A stretch of DNA of 64,000 bases from Eledone cirrhosa (taxonomy: Eukaryota): assembly GCA_964016885.1 (NCBI GenBank), contig OZ024744.1, forward strand, positions 45,880,001-45,944,000, given 5' to 3'. Shown here one piece after another: positions 43,301 through 54,012 of the stretch. A model generated the notes under the pieces. The model saw only the letters and a list, made by a program, of their open reading frames with translations, searched no databases and was not told where the DNA came from. Positions within the stretch are counted from its first letter, which is position 1. The number at the start of each line of letters is the position of its first letter. A program made the translations under genes and the position numbers.

Positions 43301-46300
43301 TTTTTCACGGGTTTTTTATTGTTTTATTAAAGCATATAGATGTAAGTGAAGTTACTTAAAGGAAATTATTTTTTTTTATTAAAGCATATAGATGTAAGTG
43401 GAGTTACTTAAATGACATCTTTTTATTTTTTTCACGAGTTTTTTAGTCTTTTATTACAGCATATAGATGTAAGTGGAGTTACTTAAATGACATTTTTTTT
43501 AACGAGTTTTTTAGTCTTTTATTAAAGCATATAGATGTAAGTGGAGTTACTTAAATGACATTTTTTTTTCACGAGTTTTCTAGTCTTTTATTAAAGCATA
43601 TAGATGTAAGTGGAGTTACTTAAATGACATTTTTTTTTCCACGAGTTTTTTAGTCTTTTATTAAAGCATATAGATGTAAGTGGAGTTACTTAAATGACAT
43701 TTTTTTTTCACGACTTTTTTAGTCTTTTATTAAAGCATATAGATGGAAGTGGAGTTACTTTTGGCAGAATCGGTAGAGGGTCGGACGCCATGCTTTGCAG
43801 CATAGTGTTACGGCTCCTTCTGATCTGAGTTCAAATCCCGCCGAAGTTAACTTTGCCTTTCATCCTGACCGGGTTGATAAAATAAAGTACCAGTAATCTA
43901 CTGGGTAAATGCTGGCCTTCTGCCAATGGTAGAAACAATATTTTTTTTTATTATTAAAAGATATAGATGTAAGTGGATTTACTTAAATGAATTTTTTTAT
44001 TTTCTTTCACGAGTTTTTTATTTTTTTATTTTTTTTATTAAAGTATACAGATGTAAGTGGAGTTACCTAAATCAATTTTTTTTATTTTGTTCACGGGTTT
44101 TTTATTTTTTTATTAAAGCATATAGATGTAAGTGGAGTTACTTAAAAGAAATTATTATTTTTTTTTTTATTAAAGCATATAGATGTAAGTGGAGTTACTT
44201 AAATGACATCTTTTTATTTTTTTCACGAGTTTTTTAGTCTTTTATTACAGCATATAGATGTAAGTGGAGTTACTTAAATGACATTTTTTTTTCACGACTT
44301 TTTTAGTCTTTTATTAAAGCATATAGATGGAAGTGGAGTTACGTTTGGCAGAATCGGTAGAGGGTCGGACGCCATGCTTTGCAGCATAGTGTTACGGCTC
44401 CTTCTGATCTGAGTTCAAATCCCGCCGAGGTTAACTTTGCCATTCATCCTGACCGGGTTGATAAAATAAAGTACCAGTAATCTACTGGGTAAATGCTGGC
44501 CTTCTGCCAATGGTAGAAACAATTATTTTTTTTTCTTATTAAAGGATATAGATGTAAGTGGATTTACTTAAATGAATTTTTTTATTTTCTTTCACGAGTT
44601 TTTTATTTTTTTATTTTTTTTATTAAAGTATACAGATGTAAGTGGAGTTACCTAAATCAATTTTTTTTATTTTGTTCACGGGTTTTTTATTTTTTTATTA
44701 AAGCATATAGATGTAAGTGGAGTTACTTAAATGAAATTATTATTATTTTTTTTTATTAAAGCATATAGATGTAAGCGGAATTACTTAAATGACATCTTTT
44801 TATTTTTTTCACGAGTTTTTTACTCTTTTATTAAAGCATATAGATGTAAGTGGAGTTTCTTAAATTAAATTATTATAGTGCGGTGGATTGGCAGTATTGG
44901 AAGAGGGTCGGACGCCATGCTTTGACCTATAGAGTTACGGCCCTTGCCATTCTGAGTACAAATTCCGCCGAGGTTAACTTTGCCTTTCATCCTTACGGGG
45001 TCGATAAAATAAAGTACCAGTAATGCACTGGGTTATTGTTGGCCTTGTGCCTAACGTAGAAACAATTATTATTATTTTTTATTACAGCATATAGAGATTA
45101 CTGGAGTTACTTAAATGATATTTTTTTATTCACGAGTTTTTTAGTCTTTTATTAAAGCATATAGATGTAAATGGAGTTTCTTTTTGCAGAATCGGTAGAG
45201 GGTCGGACACCATGCTTTGCAGCATAGAGTTACGGCTCCTTCTGATCTGAGTTCAAATCCTGCCGAGGTTAACTTTGCCTTTCATCCTTACGGGGTTGAT
45301 AAAATGAAGTACCAGTAATCTACTGGGTATTTGCGGGCCTTGTGCCAATGGTAGTAATAATTATTTTTTTATCTTATTAAAGCATATATATGTAAGTGGA
45401 GTTACTTACATGAAGTTATTTTCTTTTCTTTCACGTGTTCTTTATTTTTTTATTTTTTTTATTAAAGCATACAGATGAAAGTGGAGTTACCTAAATGAAA
45501 TTTTTTTATTTTTTTCACGGGCTTTTTATATTTTATTTAAGCATATAGATGTAAGTGGAGTTACTTAAATGAAATTATTATTATTTTTTATTATTAAAGC
45601 ATATAGAGGTAAGTGGAGTTACTTAAATGAAATTATTATTATTTTTTTTCATTAAAGCATATAGATGTAAGTGGAGTTACTTAAATGACATCTTTTTTTT
45701 TTTCACAGGTTTTTTAGTCTTTTATTAAAGCATATAGATGTAAGTGGATTACTTAAATGAAATTATTATAGGGCGGTGGATTGGCAGTATTGGGAGAGGG
45801 TCGGACGCCATGCTTTGATCTATAGAGTTACGGCCCTTGCCATTCTGAGTTCAAATCCCGCCGAAGTTAACTTTGCCTTTCATCCTTACGGGGTCGATAA
45901 AATAAAGTACCAGTAATCTACTTGGTAATTGCTGGCCTTGTCCCAATGGTAGAAACATTTTTTTTCCTTATTAAAGCATATAGATGTAAGTAGAGTTACT
46001 TAAATGAAATTTTTTTATTTTCTTTTACGAGTTTATTATTTTTTTATTTTTTTATTAAAGTATACAGATGTAAGTGGAGTTACCTAACTGAATTTTTTTT
46101 TTTTCACGAGTTTTTTATTTTTTTATTATTTTATTAAAGCATATAAATGTAAGTGGAGTTACTTAAATGAAATTATTATTGTTTAATTTTATGAAAGCAT
46201 ATAGATGTAAGTGGAGTTACTTTTTGCAGAATCGGTAGAGGGTCGGACGCCTTGCTTTGCAGCATAGAGTTACGGCTCCTTCTGATCTCAGTTCAAATCC

Positions 46301-48893
46301 CGCCGAGGTGAACTTTGCCTTTCATCCTACGAGGTCGATAAAATAAAGTACCAGTAATCTACTGAGTACTTTCTGGCCTTTAAATTAAAGTATACAGATG
46401 TAAGTGGAGTTACTTAAATGAAATTATTTTTTTTATTATTATTAAAGCGTATAGATGTAAGTGGAGTTACCTAAATGAAATTTTTTAATTTTTTTAACGG
46501 GTTTTATATTTTTTTATTTAAGCATATACATGTAAGTGCAGTTACTTAAATGAAATTATTATAGGACGGTGGATTGGCAGTATTGGCAGAGGGTCGGATG
46601 CCATGCTTTGACGTATAGAGTTACGGCCCTTGCCATTCTGAGTTCAAATTCCGCCGAGGTTAACTTTGCCTTTCATCCTTACGGAGTCAATAAAATAAAG
46701 TACTAGTAATGCACTGGCTAATTGTTGGCCTTGTGCCTAACGTAGAAACAATTATTATTTTTTTTTATTAAAGCATATAGAAGTAAGTGGAGTTACTTAA
46801 ATGAAATTATTATTATTTTTTTTTATTAAACATATAAATCTAAGTGGAGTTACTTAAATAAAATTATTATTATTTTTTTACTAAAGCATATAGATGTAAG
46901 TGGAGTTACTTAAATAAAATTATTATTATTTTTTTACTAAAGCATATAGATGTAAGTGGAGTTACTTAAATGATAATTTTTTTTTTCACGAGTTTTTTAG
47001 TCTTTTATTAACGCATATAGATGTAAGTGGAGTTACTTAAATGAAATTTTTTTCTTCCCGAGTTTTTTACTTTCTGATTAAAGCATATAGATGTAAGTGG
47101 AGTTAATTTTGGCAGAATCGGTAGAGGATCGGACGCCATGCTTTGCAGCATATTGTTACGGCTCTTTCTTATCTGAGTTCAATTCCTGCCGATGTTCACT
47201 TTGCCTTTCATCGTTACTGGGTCGATAAAATAAAGTACCAGTAATCTACTTGTAATTGCTGGCCTTGTGCCAATGGTAAAAACAATTATTTTTTCTTCTT
47301 ATTAAAGTATACAGATGTAAGTGGAGTTACCTAAATGAAATTTTTTTATTTTTTCACGGGTTTTTTATTGTTTTATTAATGCATATAGATGTAAGTGGAG
47401 TTACTTAAAGGAAATTATTTTTTTTTATTAAAGCATATAGATGTAAGTGGAGTTACTTAAATGACATCTTTTTATTTTTTTCACGAGTTTTTTAGTCTTT
47501 TATTACAGCATATCGATGTAAGTGGAGTTACTTAAATGACATTTTTTTTTCACGAGTTTTTTAGTCTTTTATTAAAGCATATAGATGTAAGTGGAGTTAC
47601 TTAAATGACATTTTTTTTTCACGACTTTTTTAGTCTTTTATTAAAGCATATAGATGGAAGTGGAGTTACTTTTGGCAGAATCGGTAGAGGGTCGGACGCC
47701 ATGCTTTGCAGCATAGCGTTACGGCTCCTTCTGATCTGAGTTCAAATCCCGCCGAGGTTAACTTTGCCTTTCATCCTGACCGGGTTGATAAAATAAAGTA
47801 CCAGTAATCTACTGGGTATTTGCTGGCCTTGTGCCAAACAATTTTTTTTTTTTATTAAAGCATACAGATGAAAGTGGAGTTACCTAAATGAAATTTTTTT
47901 ATTTTTTTCACGGGTTTTTTATTTTTTTATTTAAGCATATATATGTAAGTGGAGTTACTTAAATGAAATTATTATTATTTTTTTTTATTAAAGCATATAG
48001 ATGTAAGTGGAGTTACTTAAATGACATTTTTTTTTCACGAGTTTTTTACTCATTTAATAAAGCATATAGATGTAAGTGGAGTTACTTACATCCCGAGGAG
48101 GTTAAGTTTGCCTTTCATCCTGACCGGGTTGATAAAATGAAGTACCAGTAATCTACTGGTTAATTGCTGGCCTTCTGCCAATGGTAGAAACAATTATTTT
48201 TTTTTCTTATTAAAGCATATAGATGTAAGTGGAGTTACTTAAATGAATTTTTTTTATTTTCTTTCATGAGTTTTTTAATTTTTTATTAAAGTATACAGAT
48301 GTAAGTGGAGTTACCTAAATCAATTTTTTTAATTTTGTTCACGGGTTTTTTATTTTTTATTTAAGCATATAGATGTAAGTGGAGTTACTTAAATGAAATC
48401 TTTTTTACTTTTTTTCACCAGTTTTTCATTTTTTATTTAAGCATGTAGATGTAAGTGGAGTTACTTAAATGAAATTATTATTATTTTTTTTATTAAAGCA
48501 TATAGATTAAAGTGGAATTAGTTAAATGAAACTTTTTTTACTTTTTTTTAGCAGCGTTTAATTTTTTATTTAAGCATGTAGATGTAAGTGGAGTTACTTA
48601 AATGAAATTATTATTTTTTTTTTTATTAAAGCATATAGATGTAAGTGGAGTTAGTTAAATGAAATTTTTTCATTTTTTTTCACGCGTTTTTTATTTTTTT
48701 TATTAAAGCATATAGATGTAAGTGGAGTTACTTTTGGCAGAATCGGTAGAGGGTCGGATGCCATGCTTTGCAGCATAGAGTTACGGCTCCTTCTGATCTG
48801 AGTTCAATTTGCCTTTCATCTTTACGGGGTCGATACAATAAAGTACCAGTTATCTACTGAGTAATTGCTGGCCTGGTGCCAATAGTAGAAACA
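40360..48893 (+). mobile_element. Dense cluster of ~18 SINE copies (full-length and 5'-clipped types) interleaved with Sat-A monomers
   Basis: Copies start near 40361, 40781, 41089, 41671, 42124, 42461, 43064, 43763, 44347, 44878, 45186, 45771, 46226, 46564, 47111, 47673, 48089 (partial) and 48736. Confidence 0.85.
40590..47840 (+). repeat. SINE-rich higher-order duplication, ~4.1 kb period
   Basis: SINE variants pair up at about 40781/44878, 41089/45186, 41671/45771, 42124/46226, 42461/46564 and 43064/47111 with shared private substitutions. Confidence 0.88.
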
Positions 48894-48954
48894 ATTTTTT
48901 TTTCTTATTAAAGCATATAGATGTAAGTGGAGTTACTTAAATGAAAATATAAGT

Positions 48955-48970
48955 GGCCCTTAAAAGGGCC
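48955..48970 (-). other. Histone-3'-end-type stem-loop motif (GGCCCT-TTTA-AGGGCC, then ACTT)
   Basis: The reverse complement matches the metazoan histone stem-loop consensus GGYYYU-UUUH-ARRRCC; it lies where Sat-A ends. Confidence 0.6.
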
Positions 48971-49081
48971 AAATTAGAAAACGAATTTAAGTTAATTAGA
49001 AAACAAGTCATGGTTATCAATAAATTGGATTTAATCATTTATATTTTCATAATCATGGTTATCAATGTAGAAAACAAGTCA

Positions 49082-49345
49082 TTTTCACCAACAGTGGAAT
49101 TACTTCTGACAGCTAATACCATGAACTTAAATTAATTTTCACTAACAGTGGAGTTACTTCTGACAGCTTATACCATGAACTTAAATTAATCTTCACCAAC
49201 AGTGGAGTTACTTCTGACAGCTAATACCATGAACTTAAATGAATTTTCACCAACAGTGGAATTACTTCTGACAGCTAATACCCTGAACTTCAATTAATTT
49301 TCACCAACAGTGGAGTTACTTCTGACTGCTAATACCATGAACTAT
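49082..49345 (+). repeat. Satellite B: 54-bp tandem repeat, 5 units
   Basis: Unit TTTTCACCAACAGTGGAGTTACTTCTGACAGCTAATACCATGAACTTAAATTAA starts at 49082, 49136, 49190, 49244 and 49298. Confidence 0.95.
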
Positions 49346-49789
49346 ATTTTCATCGTCATGGGTATCAATGTAGAAAACAAGTCATTTTTACCAACCCTGG
49401 AATTAACTTAAAGGAAAATATAGTTTGCCCTTAAAAGGGCCATATTAGAAAACAAATTTATGGTTATCAAATATTTTTCACCAACCCTTTATGAAGAAAT
49501 GTTTAGAAAACAAATTTTGTTCACCAACCTGATTCAAAAGTATGGATACAGTCGACATGGAGACAAGGGACAGTCACCATGGAGATTGATGGTATCTGCT
49601 GTAGTAGCGGTAGCGATGGAAAGATTGTGATGGTTAATTCCATTAACAATTTGGCCCTTTTAAGGGCCACCTATATTTTCATTTAAGTTAACTCCACTGT
49701 TGGTGAAAGTGACTTGTTTTCTACATTGATAACCATGACTATGAAAATATAGTTCATGGTATTAGCTGTCAGATGTAACTCCACTGTTG
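49305..49789. repeat. 142-bp inverted repeats (49305-49446 and 49648-49789) around a ~200-bp spacer; foldback core
   Basis: The reverse complement of 49648-49789 aligns without gaps to 49305-49446 with about 13 mismatches by eye. Confidence 0.92.
49653..49671 (+). other. Histone-3'-end-type stem-loop motif GGCCCTTTTAAGGGCC-ACC
   Basis: 6-bp stem with a GG base and U-A closing pair, UUUA loop and ACC 3' flank, as in replication-dependent histone mRNAs; no histone ORF upstream. Confidence 0.65.
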
Positions 49790-49979
49790 TTTAATAAAAG
49801 AAAAAAGAAAAAAACACGTGATACTTTCATTTAAGTAACTCCCCTTACAACTATATGCTTTAATAAAAAAAAAAATAATTTCATTTAAGTAACTCCACTT
49901 ACATCTATATGCTCAAATAAAAAAAAAATAAAAACAAACGCGTGAAAAAAAAAAAATTCCTTTAAGTAATTCCACTTAC
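49790..49979 (-). repeat. About three inverted Sat-A monomers (short right arm of the foldback)
   Basis: TTTCATTTAAGTAACTCCACTTACATCTATATGC with poly-A linkers is the reverse complement of the Sat-A core. Confidence 0.95.
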
Positions 49980-50145
49980 GCGTGGTAGTAATACGGAAAT
50001 AAACGATGTTTTGCTTTCATCGGCTGCTTCGACAGACAGCTTTATTCTTTATTTTTATTATTATATATGTAATATATATGTCTCCATACCTTTGATATTG
50101 TGTCTCACTATATCACACACCCTTTACCCAGGCTTTCAAATGTTC

Positions 50146-51535
50146 ATGTATGTATGTGTGTATATGCATATATATGTATGTATGTATGTGTGTATATGTA
50201 TATTTGTGTACGTCGCCATATATGCATGTGTGTATATGTATATTCGTGTACGTCGCCATATATGTATGTATGTTTGTGTGTATATGTATATTTGTGTACG
50301 TCGCCATAAATGTATGTATGTTTGTGTGTATATGTATATTTGTGTACCTCGCCATATATGCATGTATGTGTGTATGTATATGTATATTTGTGTACGTCGC
50401 CATATATGCATGTATGTATGTGTGTATATGTATATTTGTGTACGTCGCCATATATCTATGCGTGTATATGTATATTTGTTTACGTCGCCATATATGTATG
50501 TATGTGTGTATGTATATGTATATTTGTGTACGTCGCCATATATGTATGTATGTTTGTGTGTATATGTATATTTGTGTACGTCGCCATATATGCATGTATG
50601 TGTTTATGTATATGTATATTTGTGTACGTCGCCATATATGTATGTATGTGTGTATATGTATATTTGTGTACCTCGCCATATATGTATGTATGTGTGTATA
50701 TGTATATTTGTGTACGTCGCCATAGATGTATGTATGTATGTATGTATATGTATATTTGTGTACGTCGCCATATATGTATGTATGTGTGTATATGTATATT
50801 TGTGTACTTCGCCATATATGTATGTATGTGTGTATATGTATATTTGTGTACGTCGCCACATATGCATGTATGTATGTGTGTATATGTATATTTGTGTACG
50901 TCGCCATATATGTATGTCTGTATGTGTGTATATGTATATTTGTGTACGTCCTCTTCTATGTATGTCTGTATGTGTGTATATGTTTATTTGTGTACGTCGC
51001 CATGTATGTATGTATGTATGTATGTATGTATGTATGTATGTATGCATGTATGTATATGTATATTTGTGTACGTTGCCATATATGTATGTGTATATTTGTG
51101 TAGGTCGCCATATATATATGTATGTGTGTATATGTATAGTTGTGTACGTCGCCTTCTATGTATGTCTGTATGTGTGTATATCTTTATTTGTGTACGTCGC
51201 CATGTATGTATGTATGTATGTATGTATGTATGTATGTATGTATATTTGTGTACGTCGCCATATATGTATGTATGTGTTTATATGTATACTTGTGTACGTC
51301 GCCATATATGTATGTTTGTGTGTATATGTATATTTGTGTACGTCGCCATATATGTATGTATGTTTGTGTGTATATGTATATTTGTGTACGTCGCCTTATA
51401 TGCATGTATGTATGTGTGTGTATGTATATTTGTGTACGTCGCCATATATGTATGTATGTGTGTATATGTATATTTGTGAACGTCAACATATATATATATG
51501 TATGTATGTGTATATATGTATGTATGTGTGTATAT
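50146..51535 (+). repeat. Satellite C: ATTTGTGTACGTCGCCA core in a (TATG)/(TG) microsatellite matrix, ~35-50 bp units
   Basis: TATATGTATATTTGTGTACGTCGCCATATATGTATG recurs throughout. Confidence 0.95.
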
Positions 51536-52390
51536 GTGGAGTTACTTAAATGACATCTTTTTATTTTTTGCACGAGTTTTATAGTCTTTTATTACAGCAT
51601 TTAGATGTAAGTGGAGTTACTTAAATTAAATTTTTTTTTTCACGCGTTTTTTATTTTTTTTATTTTTTATTAAAGCATATAGATGGAAGTGGAGTTACTT
51701 TTGGCAGAATCGGTAGAGGGTCGGACGCCATGCTTTGCAGCATAGTGTTACGGCTCCTTCTGATCTGAGTTCAAATCCCGCCGTGGTTAATTTTGCCTTT
51801 CATCCTGACCGGGTTGATAAAATGAAGTACCAGTAATCTACTGGTTAATATCTGGCCTTCTGCCAATGGTAGAAACAATTTTTTTTTTCTTATTAAAGCA
51901 TATAGATGTAAGTGGAGTTATTTAAATGAATTTTTTTTATTTTCTTTCACGAGTTTTTTAGTTTTTTATTTTTTATTTTTTTTTTATTAAAGTATACAGA
52001 TGTAAGAGGAGTTACTTAAATGAATTTTTTTTTACTTTTTTTCACCAGTTTTTAATTTTTTATTTAAGCATGTAGATGTAAGTGGAGTTACTTAAATGAA
52101 ATTATTATTTTTTTTTTTATTAAAGCATATAGATGTAAGTGGAGTTACTTTTGGCAGAATCGGTAGAGGGTCGGATGCCATGCTTTGCAGCATAGAGTTA
52201 CGGCTCCTTCTGATCTGAGTTCAAAACCCGCCGAATTCAATTTGCCTTTCATCCTTACGGGGTCGATACAATAAAGTACCAATCATCTACTGAGTAATTG
52301 CTGGCCTGGTGCCAATAGTAGAAACAATTATTTTTTTTTCTTATTAAAGCATATAGATGTAAGTGGAGTTACTTAAATAAAAATATAGGT

Positions 52391-52406
52391 GGCCCTTAAA
52401 AGGGCC
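52391..52406 (-). other. Histone-3'-end-type stem-loop motif (minus strand GGCCCTTTTAAGGGCC-ACC)
   Basis: The plus strand reads GGTGGCCCTTAAAAGGGCC, a full consensus match on the minus strand. Confidence 0.65.
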
Positions 52407-52518
52407 AAATTAGAAAACAAATTTAAGTTAATTAGAAAACAAGTCATGGTTATCAAATCAATTGGATTTAATCATTTATATTTTCATAATCATGGTTATC
52501 AATGTAGAAAACAAGTCA

Positions 52519-53160
52519 TTTTCACCAACAGTGGAATTACTTCTGACAGCTAATACCATGAACTTAAATTAATTTTCACTAACAGTGGAGTTACTTCTGA
52601 CAGCTAATACCATGAACTTAAATGAATTTTCACCAACAGTGGAGTTACTTCTGACAGCTAATACCATGAACTTAAATTAATTTTCACCAACAGTGGAGTT
52701 ACTTCTGACAGCTAATACCATGAACTTCAATTAATTTTCACCAACAGTAGAATTACTTCTGACAGCTAATACCATGAACTTAAATGAATTTTCACCAACA
52801 GTGGAGTTACTTCTGACAGCTAATACCATGAACTTAAATTAATTTTCACTAACAGTGGAGTTACTTTTGACAGCTAATACCATGAACTCAAATGAATTTT
52901 CACCAACAGTGGAGTTAATCCTGACAGCTAATACCATGAACTTCAATTAATTTTCACCAACAGTGGAGTTACTTCTGACAGCTAATACCATGAACTTAAA
53001 TGAATTTTCACCAACAGTGGAATTACTTCTGACAGCTAATACACTGAACTTCAATTAATTTTCACCAACAGTGGAATTACTTCTGACAGCTAATACCATG
53101 AACTTAAATGAATTTTCACCAACAGTGGAGTTACTTCTGACAGCTAATACCATGAACTAT
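52519..53160 (+). repeat. Satellite B: 54-bp tandem repeat, 12 units
   Basis: The same unit as 49082-49345 recurs with strict 54-bp periodicity from 52519 to 53113. Confidence 0.95.
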
Positions 53161-53848
53161 ATTTTCATTGTCATGTGTATCAATGTAGAAAACAAGTCAT
53201 TTTTACCAACCCTGGAATTAACTTAAAGGAAAATATAGGTTGCCCTTAAAAGGGCCATATTAGAAAACAAATTTATGGTTATCAAATTTTTTTCACCAAC
53301 CCTTTATAAAGAAATGTTTAGAAAACAAATTTTGTTCACCAACCTTATTCAAAAGTATGGATACAGTCCACATGGAGACAAGAGACAGTCACCATGGAGA
53401 TTGATGGTATCTGCTGTAGTAGCGGTAGCGATGGAAAGATTGTGATGGTTAATTCCATTAACAATTTGGCCCTTTTAAGGGCCACCTATATTTTCATTTA
53501 AGTTAACTCCACTGTTGGTGAAAATGACTTGTTTTCTACATTGATAACCATGACTATGAAAATATAGTTCATGGTATTAGCTGTCAGATGTAACTCCACT
53601 GTTGTTTAATAAAAGAAAAAAGAAAAAAAACACGTGATACTTTCATTTAAGTAACTCCCCTGACATCTATATGCTTTAATAAAAAAAAATAATAATTTCA
53701 TTTAAGTAACTCCACTTACATCTATATGCTTTAATAAAAAAAATAATAATTTCATTTAAGTAACTCCACTTACATCTATATGCTCAAATAAAAAAAAATA
53801 AAAACAAACGCGTGAAAAAAAAAAATTCATTTAAGTAACTCCACTTAC
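53120..53848. repeat. Second foldback core: inverted repeats (~53120-53261 and ~53463-53604) plus about four inverted Sat-A monomers
   Basis: Paralog of 49305-49979; plus-strand stem-loop at 53468-53486. Confidence 0.9.
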
Positions 53849-54012
53849 GCGTGGTAGTAATACGGAAATAAACGGTTTTGCTTTCATCGGCTGCTTCGAC
53901 AGACAGCTTTATTCTTTATTTTTATTATTATATATGTAATATATATGTCTCCATACCTTTGATATTGTGTCTCACTATATCACACACCCTTTACCCAAGC
54001 TTTCAAATGTTC

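Larger units (their letters stand above)
1..48950 (+). repeat. Satellite A: tandem array of a conserved ~40-bp core with variable T-rich linkers (monomers mostly ~45-100 bp); begins before the window
   Basis: The core TTATTAAAGCATATAGATGTAAGTGGAGTTACTTAAATGAAATT recurs hundreds of times in one orientation, separated by poly-T or (TTTTTTA)n linkers that often contain TTCACGCG or CTAGCG. Confidence 0.97.

Noticed and set aside
1-48950. CRISPR array (conserved ~40-bp partly palindromic repeat with variable spacers)
   Set aside because: The spacers are low-complexity poly-T, vary widely in length and are reused in higher-order blocks; there are no cas genes and the context is eukaryotic (SINEs, LINE).
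2931-49135. Short F/I/K-rich ORFs containing IKAYRCKWSYLNE or LLKHIDVSGVT
   Set aside because: They are translations of the satellite core and poly-T linkers, broken at random by homopolymer length changes.
48971-49652. Histone gene upstream of the stem-loops
   Set aside because: No K/R-rich or histone-fold ORF lies on either strand next to the stem-loops.
48950-50000. Assignment of the foldback cassette to Helitron, Polinton or Tc1/mariner
   Set aside because: There is no CTRR end after the hairpin, no correctly oriented AGT-repeat terminus, and the CCGTA-like end (TACGG at 49992-49996) is followed by AA rather than TA; no transposase is present, so the superfamily is left unassigned.
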